Shown here: piece after piece, positions 12,903 through 21,677 of the stretch
Layout: each line of letters starts with the position of its first letter
Numbering within the stretch: the stretch's first letter is position 1
Assembly: GCA_025360865.1 (NCBI GenBank)
Contig: JANYBG010000140.1
Location: 5,342 to 69,341 of the forward strand
Reading direction: 5' to 3'
DNA from: Pseudomonadota bacterium
Lineage (GTDB): Bacteria; Pseudomonadota; Gammaproteobacteria; Steroidobacterales; Steroidobacteraceae
DNA: 64,000 nt
Notes under the pieces: generated by a model
The model's database searches: none
Told to the model about the DNA's origin: nothing
Seen by the model: the letters and a program-made list of their open reading frames with translations, nothing else
Program-made: the position numbers and the translations under genes

Positions 12903-13798
12903 TGAATTTCCTCGCCGCTTGGCGCATTCACCGGCGCCACGGCGCCGACCGCGACCGCCTCGCCGGCGTGGTCCGCGTCCGGCGCGGACGCGGGCGCCAG
13001 CGCGCTGGGGGCGCCGCGGATCAGCGCGGTGCCCTCCTCGCGGCGAATCATCTCACCGGCGAGCGCCAGGTAGGCGAGCGCGCCGCGGGATTCGCGATCG
13101 TGGAACAGCGCCGGCTTGCCGAACGAGGGCGCCTCGGCCAGGCGGATGTTGCGCGGTATGACGGTGCGGAACACCGAGTCACCGAAGTGCGCGATGAGCT
13201 GGTTGCTCACCTCGCTGGACAGGTTGTTACGGGGGTCGAACATCGTGCGCAGGATGCCCTCGATCGACAGCTGCGGGTTGGCCGCGATGCGGATCTGTTC
13301 GACCGTGCTCAGCAGCGCCGAGAGTCCCTCGAGCGCGTAATACTCGCACTGCATCGGGATCAACACGCTGTCGGCGGCTACCAGCGCGTTCACCGTGAGC
13401 ATGCTCAGGGCCGGCGGGCAGTCGATGAGTATCACGTCGAAGCTGTCGCGCAACGGCTGGAGCGCCTGGCGCAGCTTGGTCTCGCGCGCGATCGGCAGCG
13501 ACAACAAGCGAACCTCCGCGGCGGTGAGGTCCTGGTTGGCCGGCAGCAGCGAGAAGCCGGACTGCTCGACGGACACCAGGGAGGCGGCGAGGTCGGCCTC
13601 CCCGAGCATCACTTCGCAGGCGCTGCTGGTGAGCTGGGACTTATCGACGCCGCAGCCCATCGTGGCGTTGCCCTGCGGATCGAGGTCGATGAGCAGCACG
13701 CGTCGTCGCGTGGCCGCGAGCGAGGCGGCGAGATTCACCGCGGTGGTGGTCTTGCCGACGCCGCCTTTCTGGTTCGCGATGGCGATGACGCGCTTCAT
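12899..13798 (-). CDS. parA: chromosome partitioning ATPase ParA/Soj
   Basis: Internal ATG of the 479-aa track ORF. MKRVIAIANQKGGVGKTTTAVNLA is a deviant Walker A. 299 aa including a ~45-aa Ala/Pro-rich C-terminal tail. 4-nt overlap with parB. Confidence 0.93.
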   Translation of the reverse strand: MKRVIAIANQKGGVGKTTTAVNLAASLAATRRRVLLIDLDPQGNATMGCGVDKSQLTSSACEVMLGEADLAASLVSVEQSGFSLLPANQDLTAAEVRLLSLPIARETKLRQALQPLRDSFDVILIDCPPALSMLTVNALVAADSVLIPMQCEYYALEGLSALLSTVEQIRIAANPQLSIEGILRTMFDPRNNLSSEVSNQLIAHFGDSVFRTVIPRNIRLAEAPSFGKPALFHDRESRGALAYLALAGEMIRREEGTALIRGAPSALAPASAPDADHAGEAVAVGAVAPVNAPSGEEIH

Positions 13799-13871
13799 GG
13801 CGACAGTGTACTTCACCGCCGCGCCAACCAAGTCCCTGACGGCCGGCGCCGCCGGAATCGCGCCGTCGCTC

Positions 13872-14936
13872 TCAGGCGACGCGGTGCGCGGGCTGGCGGC
13901 CCAGCCGCTCGCGCGCCATCTGGTCCGCGACCGCGTTGGTGGCGCGGTTCTCGCCCCGGGCCCGCTCGAAGATCTCCGTGAGCCGGCGCGGAATGGCCTG
14001 GATGTCACCGAGCACCTGCTCCTCGGTGGCACCGCCGTAGTACTCGCGCGCGACGGAGATGATCCCGCCGGCGTTGATGACATAGTCCGGCGCGTACAGG
14101 ATGCCGGCCGCGGCCAGCGCCGAGCCGTCCTGGTCCTGGGCGAGCTGGTTATTGGCCGCTCCCGCGACGACGCGCGCCCGCAGGCGCGGGACGCTCGCGG
14201 CATTGAGCACCGCGCCCAGGGCGCACGGGGCGAGCACCTCGACATCGGCCGCCAGGATGTCCTCCACCGCCACGGCCGTCGCCTTGAATTCCTCCACCAC
14301 GCGCTGCAAGGCCGCCGGACGCACATCCGCGACCGCAAGCTTCGCGCCGTCGGCGGCGAGCAGGCGGCACAGGTGGTAACCCACCCCGCCCACGCCCTGC
14401 ACCGCGATGCTCACCCCGGAGAGCTCACCGCGCCCGAGGCGGAACTTCACCGCGGCCTTGAGGCCGAGATACACGCCCAGCGCGGTCTTGGGGCCCGGGT
14501 CGCCCCCGGCTTCACCCGGAGCGCGGCCGAGGCCTGCCACGTAGCGCGTCTCCCGCGCGACGTTCTCCATGTCCGCAGTCGTGGTGCCCACGTCCTCGGC
14601 GGTGACATAGCGCCCGCCCAGGGAATCCACGAAGCGCCCGAAGGCCTGGAACAGCTCAGGGGCCTTGGGGTGCCGGGGGTCGGCGATGATCACGGCCTTG
14701 CCGCCGCCGAACTTCAAGCCCGCCATCGCGTTCTTGTAGCTCATGCCGCGCGACAGGCGCAGCACGTCCGTCACCGCTTCCGCGGTGCTCGCGTATGGCC
14801 ACACGCGGCACCCACCGGCGGCAGGTCCGAGGGTGGTCGAGTGGATGGCGATGATCGCCTTCATGCCGGTGGCGGCGTCGTGGCCGAATACCACCTGTTC
14901 ATGGGCGTCGAATTCGCGCAGGTCAAAGAGCTCCAT
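13872..14936 (-). CDS. ldh: leucine dehydrogenase (Glu/Leu/Phe/Val dehydrogenase family)
   Basis: 354 aa. ...KAIIAIHSTTLGPAAGGCRVWPY...MSYKNAMAGLKFGGGKAVI... and the NAD fold AVQGVGGVGYHL. Confidence 0.88.
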   Translation of the reverse strand: MELFDLREFDAHEQVVFGHDAATGMKAIIAIHSTTLGPAAGGCRVWPYASTAEAVTDVLRLSRGMSYKNAMAGLKFGGGKAVIIADPRHPKAPELFQAFGRFVDSLGGRYVTAEDVGTTTADMENVARETRYVAGLGRAPGEAGGDPGPKTALGVYLGLKAAVKFRLGRGELSGVSIAVQGVGGVGYHLCRLLAADGAKLAVADVRPAALQRVVEEFKATAVAVEDILAADVEVLAPCALGAVLNAASVPRLRARVVAGAANNQLAQDQDGSALAAAGILYAPDYVINAGGIISVAREYYGGATEEQVLGDIQAIPRRLTEIFERARGENRATNAVADQMARERLGRQPAHRVA

Positions 14937-15041
14937 TCGCCAGTACCACCCGGGCCGAGGGGCACGCTATTGAGGATTTGAGGCAGGTTACCCCCGAAAA
15001 CCTGCACGAATCGTCACAAAAATTGCTTATATAGAGCCCAT

Positions 15042-15061
15042 GGTGAAACATCTGTTTCACC
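15042..15061. promoter_or_regulatory. perfect 20-bp palindrome in the ldh/lrp divergent intergenic region
   Basis: GGTGAAACA-TC-TGTTTCACC. The 2-nt spacer is too short for an RNA hairpin loop, which favours a dimeric protein operator. It sits 14 nt upstream of the lrp-family ORF, after a TATATAGA-like element. Confidence 0.4.
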
Positions 15062-15074
15062 GATTGGAATAATT

Positions 15075-15566
15075 GTGGGACAACTGATGCAACCGAGCCT
15101 GGACCGTACGGACCTGCGCATCCTGGAGCTTATGCAGGAGCAGGGGGACCTCTCCGCCGGCCAGCTCGCCGAGCGCCTGGACCTGACCTCGTCCACTTGC
15201 TGGCGGCGGGTCACCCGGCTGCAGGAGCTGGGCGTGATCCGCAAACGCGTCGCCCTCCTGGATCGCGAGAAGCTGGGCCTGTCGGTAATGGTGTTCAGCC
15301 ATGTGAAGGTGGCCGGCCACGGGCGCGACGCCCTACTGCGCTTCGAGCAGGCGGTGCGCGCGCACCCGGAGATCCTGGAGTGCTACACGCTCATGGGGGA
15401 AACGGACTTCCTGTTGCGCATCGCCTGCCGCGATATCAAGGCCTACGAGGCCTTCTTCCTGGACTACCTGTCGCGCTTCCCCGGCGTGCAGTCGGTCAAC
15501 TCCTCGATCGCCCTCGCGGTGATCAAGGAAACGACCGCGCTACCGCTGCGGCTGCCGGGGCTGTGA
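15075..15566 (+). CDS. Lrp/AsnC family transcriptional regulator
   Basis: 163 aa. LDRTDLRILELMQEQGDLSAGQLAERLDLTSSTCWRRVTRLQELGVI HTH plus a C-terminal RAM/AsnC_trans_reg domain. An alternative ATG lies at 15087. Confidence 0.9.
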   Translation: MGQLMQPSLDRTDLRILELMQEQGDLSAGQLAERLDLTSSTCWRRVTRLQELGVIRKRVALLDREKLGLSVMVFSHVKVAGHGRDALLRFEQAVRAHPEILECYTLMGETDFLLRIACRDIKAYEAFFLDYLSRFPGVQSVNSSIALAVIKETTALPLRLPGL

Positions 15567-15911
15567 GCCGGTGAACGCGTTCGCTAGTGCCAGGTCGCTG
15601 ATGGAGAGGAGCGCGCCCAGATTGATCGAGGAGGTCAGCGAGTCCACCGTGCCGTTGGCGACACTGAAGATGAAGTCGTCGCAGAAGCCGTACGCGGAGC
15701 CTGTGATCCGTGGGGTCGGCGCGGTGAAGGTGTCGCCGTAGAAGGTTGAACCCGGCTGCGGCGGGGAGTTGACCGTGCCCGCCCCCGTGAGGTTGCCAGG
15801 ACCGGTCAGCTGGTAGCCGAGGATCATGTTGGCGCCGGCGTGCGGACTGGCCAGCGCGCAGGCCGCGCCCAGCGCCGCGCAGGCGATAAAGATATTGGAT
15901 GGTGATTTCAT
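15540..15911 (-). CDS. secreted protein with FxDxF motif, apparently lacking a C-terminal anchor
   Basis: ATG at 15911 with AGGAG 8 nt upstream. Signal peptide MKSPSNIFIACAALGAACALASPHAGA. Contains YGFCDDFIFSV (an FxDxF motif). It ends inside the 3' end of the lrp-family gene (27-nt convergent overlap) without a PEP-CTERM-like tail. Confidence 0.4.
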   Translation of the reverse strand: MKSPSNIFIACAALGAACALASPHAGANMILGYQLTGPGNLTGAGTVNSPPQPGSTFYGDTFTAPTPRITGSAYGFCDDFIFSVANGTVDSLTSSINLGALLSISDLALANAFTGSQPRQPQR

Positions 15912-16010
15912 GTGCGCCGCTCCTAGAACCCGACGCACCCTGCGCCGCGCATATGACAGTTCCTCGAAGCTTCGATGATGGCCACGCCAATGACGCGCCC
16001 CACTCCGGAG

Positions 16011-16673
16011 TCAGCGCCTGAGTATGACGAGGCAGCGCTGGGCATCCAGCCCCGGCACGGCGAGTTCGCGCACGCCCTCCACCTTCCATGTGGCCGGAAG
16101 GGCCGCGATCTCCGCGTCCGGCCTGCGGCCCTTCATGGCCAGCACGCGGGTATCCGGCCCGCACAGGGGCGCCACGAATTCGACCAGGCGCGGCAGCGGG
16201 GCGAGGGCGCGCGCGACGACGGTGTCAAAGGGCGCCGGCGGCGCGTACCCCTCGCCGCGGGTGTGAATGGCCTCCACGTTGGTCAGCCCCATGCGCTCGG
16301 CGGCGTGCGCCACGAAGCGGACCTTCTTGGCGCTGGAGTCGATGAGGGTGAACCGCCGCTGCGGGTTGCAGACCGCGAGCGGCAGCCCGGGAAAGCCCGC
16401 TCCGGTGCCCACATCCGCCACCGTGTGCCCGCGCAGGTGGGCATGGATGCTCAGGCTGTCCAACAGGTGGTGCGTCACCATCGCCTCGCGCTCGGTGATG
16501 GCGGTGAGATTGAAGCTGCGGTTCCAGTGGGCGAGCTCATCGAGCTGCAGTAGCAGGCGCCGGGCGTCGGGCTCGGTCAGGGTGATGCCCAGTATCGCGG
16601 CATCACGGGTGAGACGGTCGACGGGATTCAGACGCGATGCTCCTCTTGCGCGGCGAACCGCGGGTTTCATCAT
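16011..16673 (-). CDS. rsmG: 16S rRNA (guanine527-N7)-methyltransferase
   Basis: Internal ATG-ATG of the 261-aa track ORF. 220 aa with SAM motif VADVGTGAGFPGLPLA and ...FDTVVARALAPL... Confidence 0.92.
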   Translation of the reverse strand: MMKPAVRRARGASRLNPVDRLTRDAAILGITLTEPDARRLLLQLDELAHWNRSFNLTAITEREAMVTHHLLDSLSIHAHLRGHTVADVGTGAGFPGLPLAVCNPQRRFTLIDSSAKKVRFVAHAAERMGLTNVEAIHTRGEGYAPPAPFDTVVARALAPLPRLVEFVAPLCGPDTRVLAMKGRRPDAEIAALPATWKVEGVRELAVPGLDAQRCLVILRR

Positions 16674-16685
16674 ACTTGGCACACC

Positions 16686-17348
16686 GTGAGACTGCTGCTC
16701 GTAGAAGATGACGCGATGATCGGGGAGGCCATCCGCCTGGGACTCAAGCGCGAGGGCTTCACCGTGGACTGGGTGCACGATGCGCGCGCCGCGCAAACAG
16801 CGCTCTCCGGCGAGCCCTTCGAACTGCTGCTGCTGGACTTAGGACTCCCCGGCCGGGACGGATTGAACCTGCTGCGCGCCGAGCGCGAGCGCGGGCTTTC
16901 TCTGCCGGTGCTCATCATCACCGCGCGCGATGCGGTCTCGGACCGCGTGCAGGGGCTGGACGCGGGCGCCGACGATTACCTCATCAAACCCTTCGAACTC
17001 ACCGAACTCGCCGCCCGCATCCGCGCGCTCCTGCGCCGCCGCTCGGGTCGGCCGGCGCCGGTGATCGAACACCTCGGCGTGACGCTCGATCCGGCCGCGC
17101 ACCTTGTGCGTCGCGCCGGCGTGGACATCGCCCTGTCGCCGCGCGAGTTCACGCTGCTGCGGCTTTTGATGGAGCGGCCAGGCACGATCCTGTCACGCTC
17201 GCAGCTGGAGGAGCGACTGTATGGCTGGGGAGAGGAAGTGGAGAGCAACGCGGTGGAAGTCCACATCCACGGGCTGCGCAAGAAGCTCGGCGCGGAATTC
17301 ATCCTGAACGTGCGCGGCGTCGGTTACCGCGTGCGGCCCGCCCCATGA
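16686..17348 (+). CDS. OmpR/PhoB-family response regulator
   Basis: 220 aa, GTG start. Receiver MRLLLVEDD...LLLLDLGLPGRDG...KPF, then a winged-helix C-terminus ...VEVHIHGLRKKLG...VRGVGYRV. Confidence 0.92.
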   Translation: MRLLLVEDDAMIGEAIRLGLKREGFTVDWVHDARAAQTALSGEPFELLLLDLGLPGRDGLNLLRAERERGLSLPVLIITARDAVSDRVQGLDAGADDYLIKPFELTELAARIRALLRRRSGRPAPVIEHLGVTLDPAAHLVRRAGVDIALSPREFTLLRLLMERPGTILSRSQLEERLYGWGEEVESNAVEVHIHGLRKKLGAEFILNVRGVGYRVRPAP

Positions 17349-18670
17349 GCTCGCTGCGCGCGCGCCTGCTGGCCTGGCTCCTCGCAGGCGTGGTCGTGGT
17401 AGGCGGGGTGGGCAGCGGGTTCGTGTACCGCAACGCGCTCGCGGAAGCCGGTGACTTCTTCGACTACCACCTGCGCCAGACCGCGCTGATCCTGCGCGAC
17501 GAGCCGGTCGAGTACCAGCTGACCCCGAGTTTCCCGCCGCAGGATGCCGCCTACGACTTCGTCGTGCAGGTGTGGTCGCTCGATGGCGTGCGCGTGTACC
17601 TGTCGCGCCCACACGCGGCGCTGCCGCAGATCACGACGCTGGGATTCGCGACGGTGGACACCCGCGAGGGACGCTGGCGGGTGTTCGGCGTCCAGGCCGA
17701 GACGCGGGTGATCCAGGTCGCCCAGCCGATGAGTGTGCGCGAGGGACGCGCCGCGGATCTCGCCCTGGATACGCTCATGCCATTCGCGTTACTTCTGCCA
17801 GTGCTCGCGCTGTTCATCTGGTTCACCGTCGGACGGGCGCTCATCCCGCTCGAGCGGCTCACGGGGCTTGTGAAGGCGCGTCGTATCGATGCCCTGGATG
17901 CCATGCCCGATGCGCGCCTCCCCGATGAGGTGCGCCCGCTGGTCACCGCGCTGAATGAGCTCCTGGGTCGCCTACGCGCCGCGCTCGAGCGCGAGCGCGC
18001 CTTCATGGCCGATGCCGCGCACGAGCTGCGCACGCCCCTGACGGCTCTTCACCTGCAGATGGAGATGCTCACGCGCGCAAGCGGCGAGACCGAGCGCAGG
18101 GCGGCGATGGACACCCTCTCCGCGGGCGTGCAGCGCGCCATCCGGCTGGTCGAGCAGATGCTCTCCATGGCGCGCGCGGAACCGCGGGCGACCGCGGTCC
18201 CGCACCTGCCGGCGCGCCTGGACGATCTGGCGCGCGAAAGCGTGGCGGAACTCGTGCCGCTGGCGGATGCGCGGCGCATCGACCTGGGCGTGGTGAGCGA
18301 GTCCGCCGCGACCGTCGCCGCGGACGCGGATGCGCTGCGCACGCTGCTGCGTAACCTCATCGACAACGCCGTGCGCTACAGCGCACCAGGCGGTCGCGTC
18401 GATGTGGCGGTGGAACCGGCGACCGCGGAGGCGGGCCCGCGCCTGGTTGTGAGCGACGACGGTCCGGGGATCGCCCCGCCCGAGCGCGCGCGCGTGTTCG
18501 ACCGTTTCTATCGGCGTGCCGGCCACTCGCCTTCCGGGAGCGGGCTCGGCCTTGCGATCGTGAAGACGATCGCCGATGCGCACGGCGCAAGCGTCGAGCT
18601 CACCGACAACAGCCCGGCGCCCGGGCTGCGCGTCATCGTGAGCTTCCCGCCGGCGCTCACCGGCGGCTAG
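17345..18670 (+). CDS. sensor histidine kinase (HisKA/HATPase_c, QseC/PmrB-like)
   Basis: 441 aa. Two TM segments, H-box FMADAAHELRTPLT, and G-boxes DDGPGI and GSGLGLAIV. 4-nt overlap with the response regulator gene. Confidence 0.9.
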   Translation: MSSLRARLLAWLLAGVVVVGGVGSGFVYRNALAEAGDFFDYHLRQTALILRDEPVEYQLTPSFPPQDAAYDFVVQVWSLDGVRVYLSRPHAALPQITTLGFATVDTREGRWRVFGVQAETRVIQVAQPMSVREGRAADLALDTLMPFALLLPVLALFIWFTVGRALIPLERLTGLVKARRIDALDAMPDARLPDEVRPLVTALNELLGRLRAALERERAFMADAAHELRTPLTALHLQMEMLTRASGETERRAAMDTLSAGVQRAIRLVEQMLSMARAEPRATAVPHLPARLDDLARESVAELVPLADARRIDLGVVSESAATVAADADALRTLLRNLIDNAVRYSAPGGRVDVAVEPATAEAGPRLVVSDDGPGIAPPERARVFDRFYRRAGHSPSGSGLGLAIVKTIADAHGASVELTDNSPAPGLRVIVSFPPALTGG

Positions 18671-18682
18671 CGTCGCTCAGGC

Positions 18683-20650
18683 TCAGCGCGCCATCTTCTG
18701 CAGGAAACTCGCGGCGGTCTCAAGATAGGCGTCTCGGTTGGCCTTCTTCGCGAAGCCATGGCCTTCGTCCTTGGCGAGCAGGTACCACACCTCGGTCCCG
18801 CTGGTGCGCGCGCGCCATACCAGCTGGTCGGACTCGGACACCGGCACCTTGGGGTCGTTCTTGCCGGCGGCCACGAACAGCGGCTTCTTGATGCGCGCGG
18901 CGTTGTCGAGTGGGGAGATATGCTCCAGGAAGGCGCGCATACGCGTATCCCGTTCGTCGCCGTACTCGGCGCGGCGCAGGTCGCGCCGGTAACCCGCGGT
19001 GGTGGAGAGGAAATTGACGAAGTTGCTGATGCCGGCCATGTCGATGCCACCGCGCAGCCGGTCGCCGTAGGCGACCATCGAGGCGAGGGCCATGTAGCCA
19101 CCGTAGGAGGCGCCCATCACCACGACCTTGTCGCGGTCGAACTGCGGCTGCGCCCCGACCCACACGAGCAGTGAACCGATGTCCCGCACGGCGTCCTCGC
19201 GCAGCAAGCCATTGTCGAGGGCGAGGAAGCTCTTGCCGTAGCCGGAGGAGCCGCGCACGTTCGGGCTCACGACCGCGTAGCCGAGCTCATGGACGAGGAA
19301 TTGCACGAACGGGTCCCAGCCGGGGCGCGACTGGCTCTCCGGCCCGCCGTGGATGTCGATGACCACGGGCACCGCACCCGCCTCCACGGGCCGGTAGACG
19401 TACGCGGACAGCATGCGCGGATGGCCGCTCTCGCGGTCCCAGGTCGGGAAGCGCACCAGTTCGGGGGTGACGAGGGAGTTCGGGTCGATGGGACCTGGCT
19501 CGCTGTGCGTCCATTGCTCGAGCTTGTTGTGCTCAATGTCGAACACATAGGCGTCGCGCGGCGCGGTCGCGCTCTCCACCGACATCGCGAGCCGGGTGCC
19601 GTTCTTGTCGAAGCGCGGGTTGCCAATGAGGCCCTCGGGAATCCCGGCGGGCGTGATCTCGGTCTGGCCGATCGTGTCGAGCACGCGCAGCCGGCTGCGA
19701 CCGTCCTCGTTCAGAATGTAGGCGACGTAGCGCCCGTCGGCGCTGACGTCGAAGTCCTCCACCTCCCACGGGCTCGCGGGGGTGACGCGGCGGTCCTCAT
19801 GGGTGAGCGGGTCCTTGAACTTCAGCTGCGCGACCTCGCCATCCTCATCGGTGAGCACGTAGACGCCGCGGCCGTTGGCGGCGAAGCGCGCCGTGCGGAT
19901 GCCGCCACCCTTGGACTTGCCGCCCTCGATCTGCGTCAGCGCCCCGGTGCTGGTGTCCGCGGAGTACAGGTAGCTCTCGTTCGCCGCCAGGAACCTCCAT
20001 GCCAGCAGCTTCGAGTCATCGAAGGACCAGTCGAGCGGGTACCAGGTGTCCTCGTGCCCCCCGACCAGCAGCCGCGGCGCCGCGGTGCCGGTCGCATCGA
20101 CCACGTAGATGTCGTAGCTGAGCGTGTCGCGGTCGTTGCCGTAAAACGCGAGGCGCTTGCCATCGTGCGCCCACACCGCGCTGCCATGGATGAAGGCGCC
20201 TTCGGTGAGCTGGCGCGGGCCCGCGGCGCCGCCCGCGTAGTACAGCTGGTAGTTCTCATCCCCTCCCTGGTCCTTGGAGAAGACGAAGCCGGTGCCGCCT
20301 TTCGCGGCGCGCGCCCAGGAGACCGGGTCAGGATAGAAGGTGCGCTGGAAGCGCTCGCCACCCGCGGCCGCGACCTGGTGCACCTGCTCGGTGTCGCCGA
20401 AGCGTGTCTTGATGAGCAGCCCCCCATCGGCGGTCCAGTCGAGGAAGGTCGCCGAGCGCGACTGCAGGTAGCGGTCCAGGCGCTGCGCAAGCGCCGCGTC
20501 CACCGGCGGGATGCCTTCGAAGACGAGCGCGCCGCGCTCGCGATGCGCGGTGGGGGTCGCGGTCTGCGCGGTCGCCGTGAAAGCGGCGGCGAGGGCGAGA
20601 GCGTACGCGCAAGCGGTGTGTCCGCCGCGGTTGAGGGTGCGGTGATTCAT
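18683..20650 (-). CDS. S9 family serine peptidase (prolyl oligopeptidase/dipeptidyl aminopeptidase-like)
   Basis: 655 aa. Signal peptide, an N-terminal beta-propeller-like region, and a C-terminal alpha/beta hydrolase with nucleophile elbow GASYGGYM and ...DEGHGF. Confidence 0.88.
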   Translation of the reverse strand: MNHRTLNRGGHTACAYALALAAAFTATAQTATPTAHRERGALVFEGIPPVDAALAQRLDRYLQSRSATFLDWTADGGLLIKTRFGDTEQVHQVAAAGGERFQRTFYPDPVSWARAAKGGTGFVFSKDQGGDENYQLYYAGGAAGPRQLTEGAFIHGSAVWAHDGKRLAFYGNDRDTLSYDIYVVDATGTAAPRLLVGGHEDTWYPLDWSFDDSKLLAWRFLAANESYLYSADTSTGALTQIEGGKSKGGGIRTARFAANGRGVYVLTDEDGEVAQLKFKDPLTHEDRRVTPASPWEVEDFDVSADGRYVAYILNEDGRSRLRVLDTIGQTEITPAGIPEGLIGNPRFDKNGTRLAMSVESATAPRDAYVFDIEHNKLEQWTHSEPGPIDPNSLVTPELVRFPTWDRESGHPRMLSAYVYRPVEAGAVPVVIDIHGGPESQSRPGWDPFVQFLVHELGYAVVSPNVRGSSGYGKSFLALDNGLLREDAVRDIGSLLVWVGAQPQFDRDKVVVMGASYGGYMALASMVAYGDRLRGGIDMAGISNFVNFLSTTAGYRRDLRRAEYGDERDTRMRAFLEHISPLDNAARIKKPLFVAAGKNDPKVPVSESDQLVWRARTSGTEVWYLLAKDEGHGFAKKANRDAYLETAASFLQKMAR

Positions 20651-20678
20651 GCGACTAAGCTAGCGTACGGGTTACGAT

Positions 20679-21677
20679 GTGTACATCCGCCAATCTCGTG
20701 ATGCGATCACGCCAATGACCCAGGCCGCCGTCACCGCGCAGCTGCACCGCCACCCGCACGGCATCACCGCGGTGGACACCGAGTACCTGCACCCGGGGCA
20801 TGCCGCCTCGCACATCATCGCCGACGGGGGTCGCGCGGCCTTCGTCGATGTCGGCACGAACTTCTCCGTCGCCTACCTGCTGGCGGCCCTCGAGGAGCTG
20901 TCGATCCCACGCGCGGCGGTCGACTACATCCTGCTAACCCACGTGCACCTGGATCACGCCGGGGGTGTCGGCCTGCTGCTTCAGTCGCTGCCCAACGCGC
21001 GCGTGTTCGTGCACCCGCGCGGGGCCGCCCACATGGTCGACCCCGCGAAGCTGATCGCCGGCTCCAAGCTGGTGTACGGCGAGGAACGCTTCGCGCGCCT
21101 GTACGGGGAGCTGGTACCGCTGCCCCACGAGCGCCTCCACCCGGTGGCCGACGGGGAGCGCATCGTCTTGGGTGGCCGCACGCTGGAACTCATCCACACC
21201 CCAGGACACGCGCTGCACCACTACGCGGTGGTCGACGCGGCGCATCACAGCATCTTCCCGGGGGACACCTTCGGGGTCTCGTACCGCGCGCTCGACACCG
21301 CCAACGGCGCGTTCGTGACCCCGGCCACGACCCCGACGCAGTTCGACCCGGCACAGCTCATCGCCTCGGTCGACCGCATGCTCGCCTACGCGCCGGAAAG
21401 CATGTACCTCATGCACTTCAGCCGCGTGACGGACGTGCCGCGGCTGGGCGCGTCCATGAAAACGCAAGTGGCGGCGCTGGCCGACATCGCGCGCGCGCAC
21501 GCGCGGGACGCGAATCCAGCCCCGGGTATCAAGGCGGACATGCTCGCCTTGTGGCTGCGCCTCGCGCGCGAGCACGGCATCACCTCCAGCGAGGCCCAGA
21601 TCCGCCAGGTGCTCGGCGGGGACCTCGAGCTCAACACCCAGGGGCTGGTGGTGTGGCTTAAGCGGGAGCAGCGCTAG
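20679..21677 (+). CDS. MBL-fold metallo-hydrolase
   Basis: 332 aa with the HVHLDHAGG metal motif and later HTPGH. The GTG at 20679 is the longest start. ATG at 20715 is equally plausible. Confidence 0.8.
   Translation: MYIRQSRDAITPMTQAAVTAQLHRHPHGITAVDTEYLHPGHAASHIIADGGRAAFVDVGTNFSVAYLLAALEELSIPRAAVDYILLTHVHLDHAGGVGLLLQSLPNARVFVHPRGAAHMVDPAKLIAGSKLVYGEERFARLYGELVPLPHERLHPVADGERIVLGGRTLELIHTPGHALHHYAVVDAAHHSIFPGDTFGVSYRALDTANGAFVTPATTPTQFDPAQLIASVDRMLAYAPESMYLMHFSRVTDVPRLGASMKTQVAALADIARAHARDANPAPGIKADMLALWLRLAREHGITSSEAQIRQVLGGDLELNTQGLVVWLKREQR

Noticed and set aside
13799-14338. N-terminal 180 codons of the 479-aa track ORF (12899-14338)
   Set aside because: This part is an alternate frame of leucine dehydrogenase. 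ParA begins at MKRVIAIANQKGGVGKT (13798).
13395-14981. 528-aa plus-strand ORF
   Set aside because: It is antisense to parA and leucine dehydrogenase, both of which have clear motifs on the minus strand.
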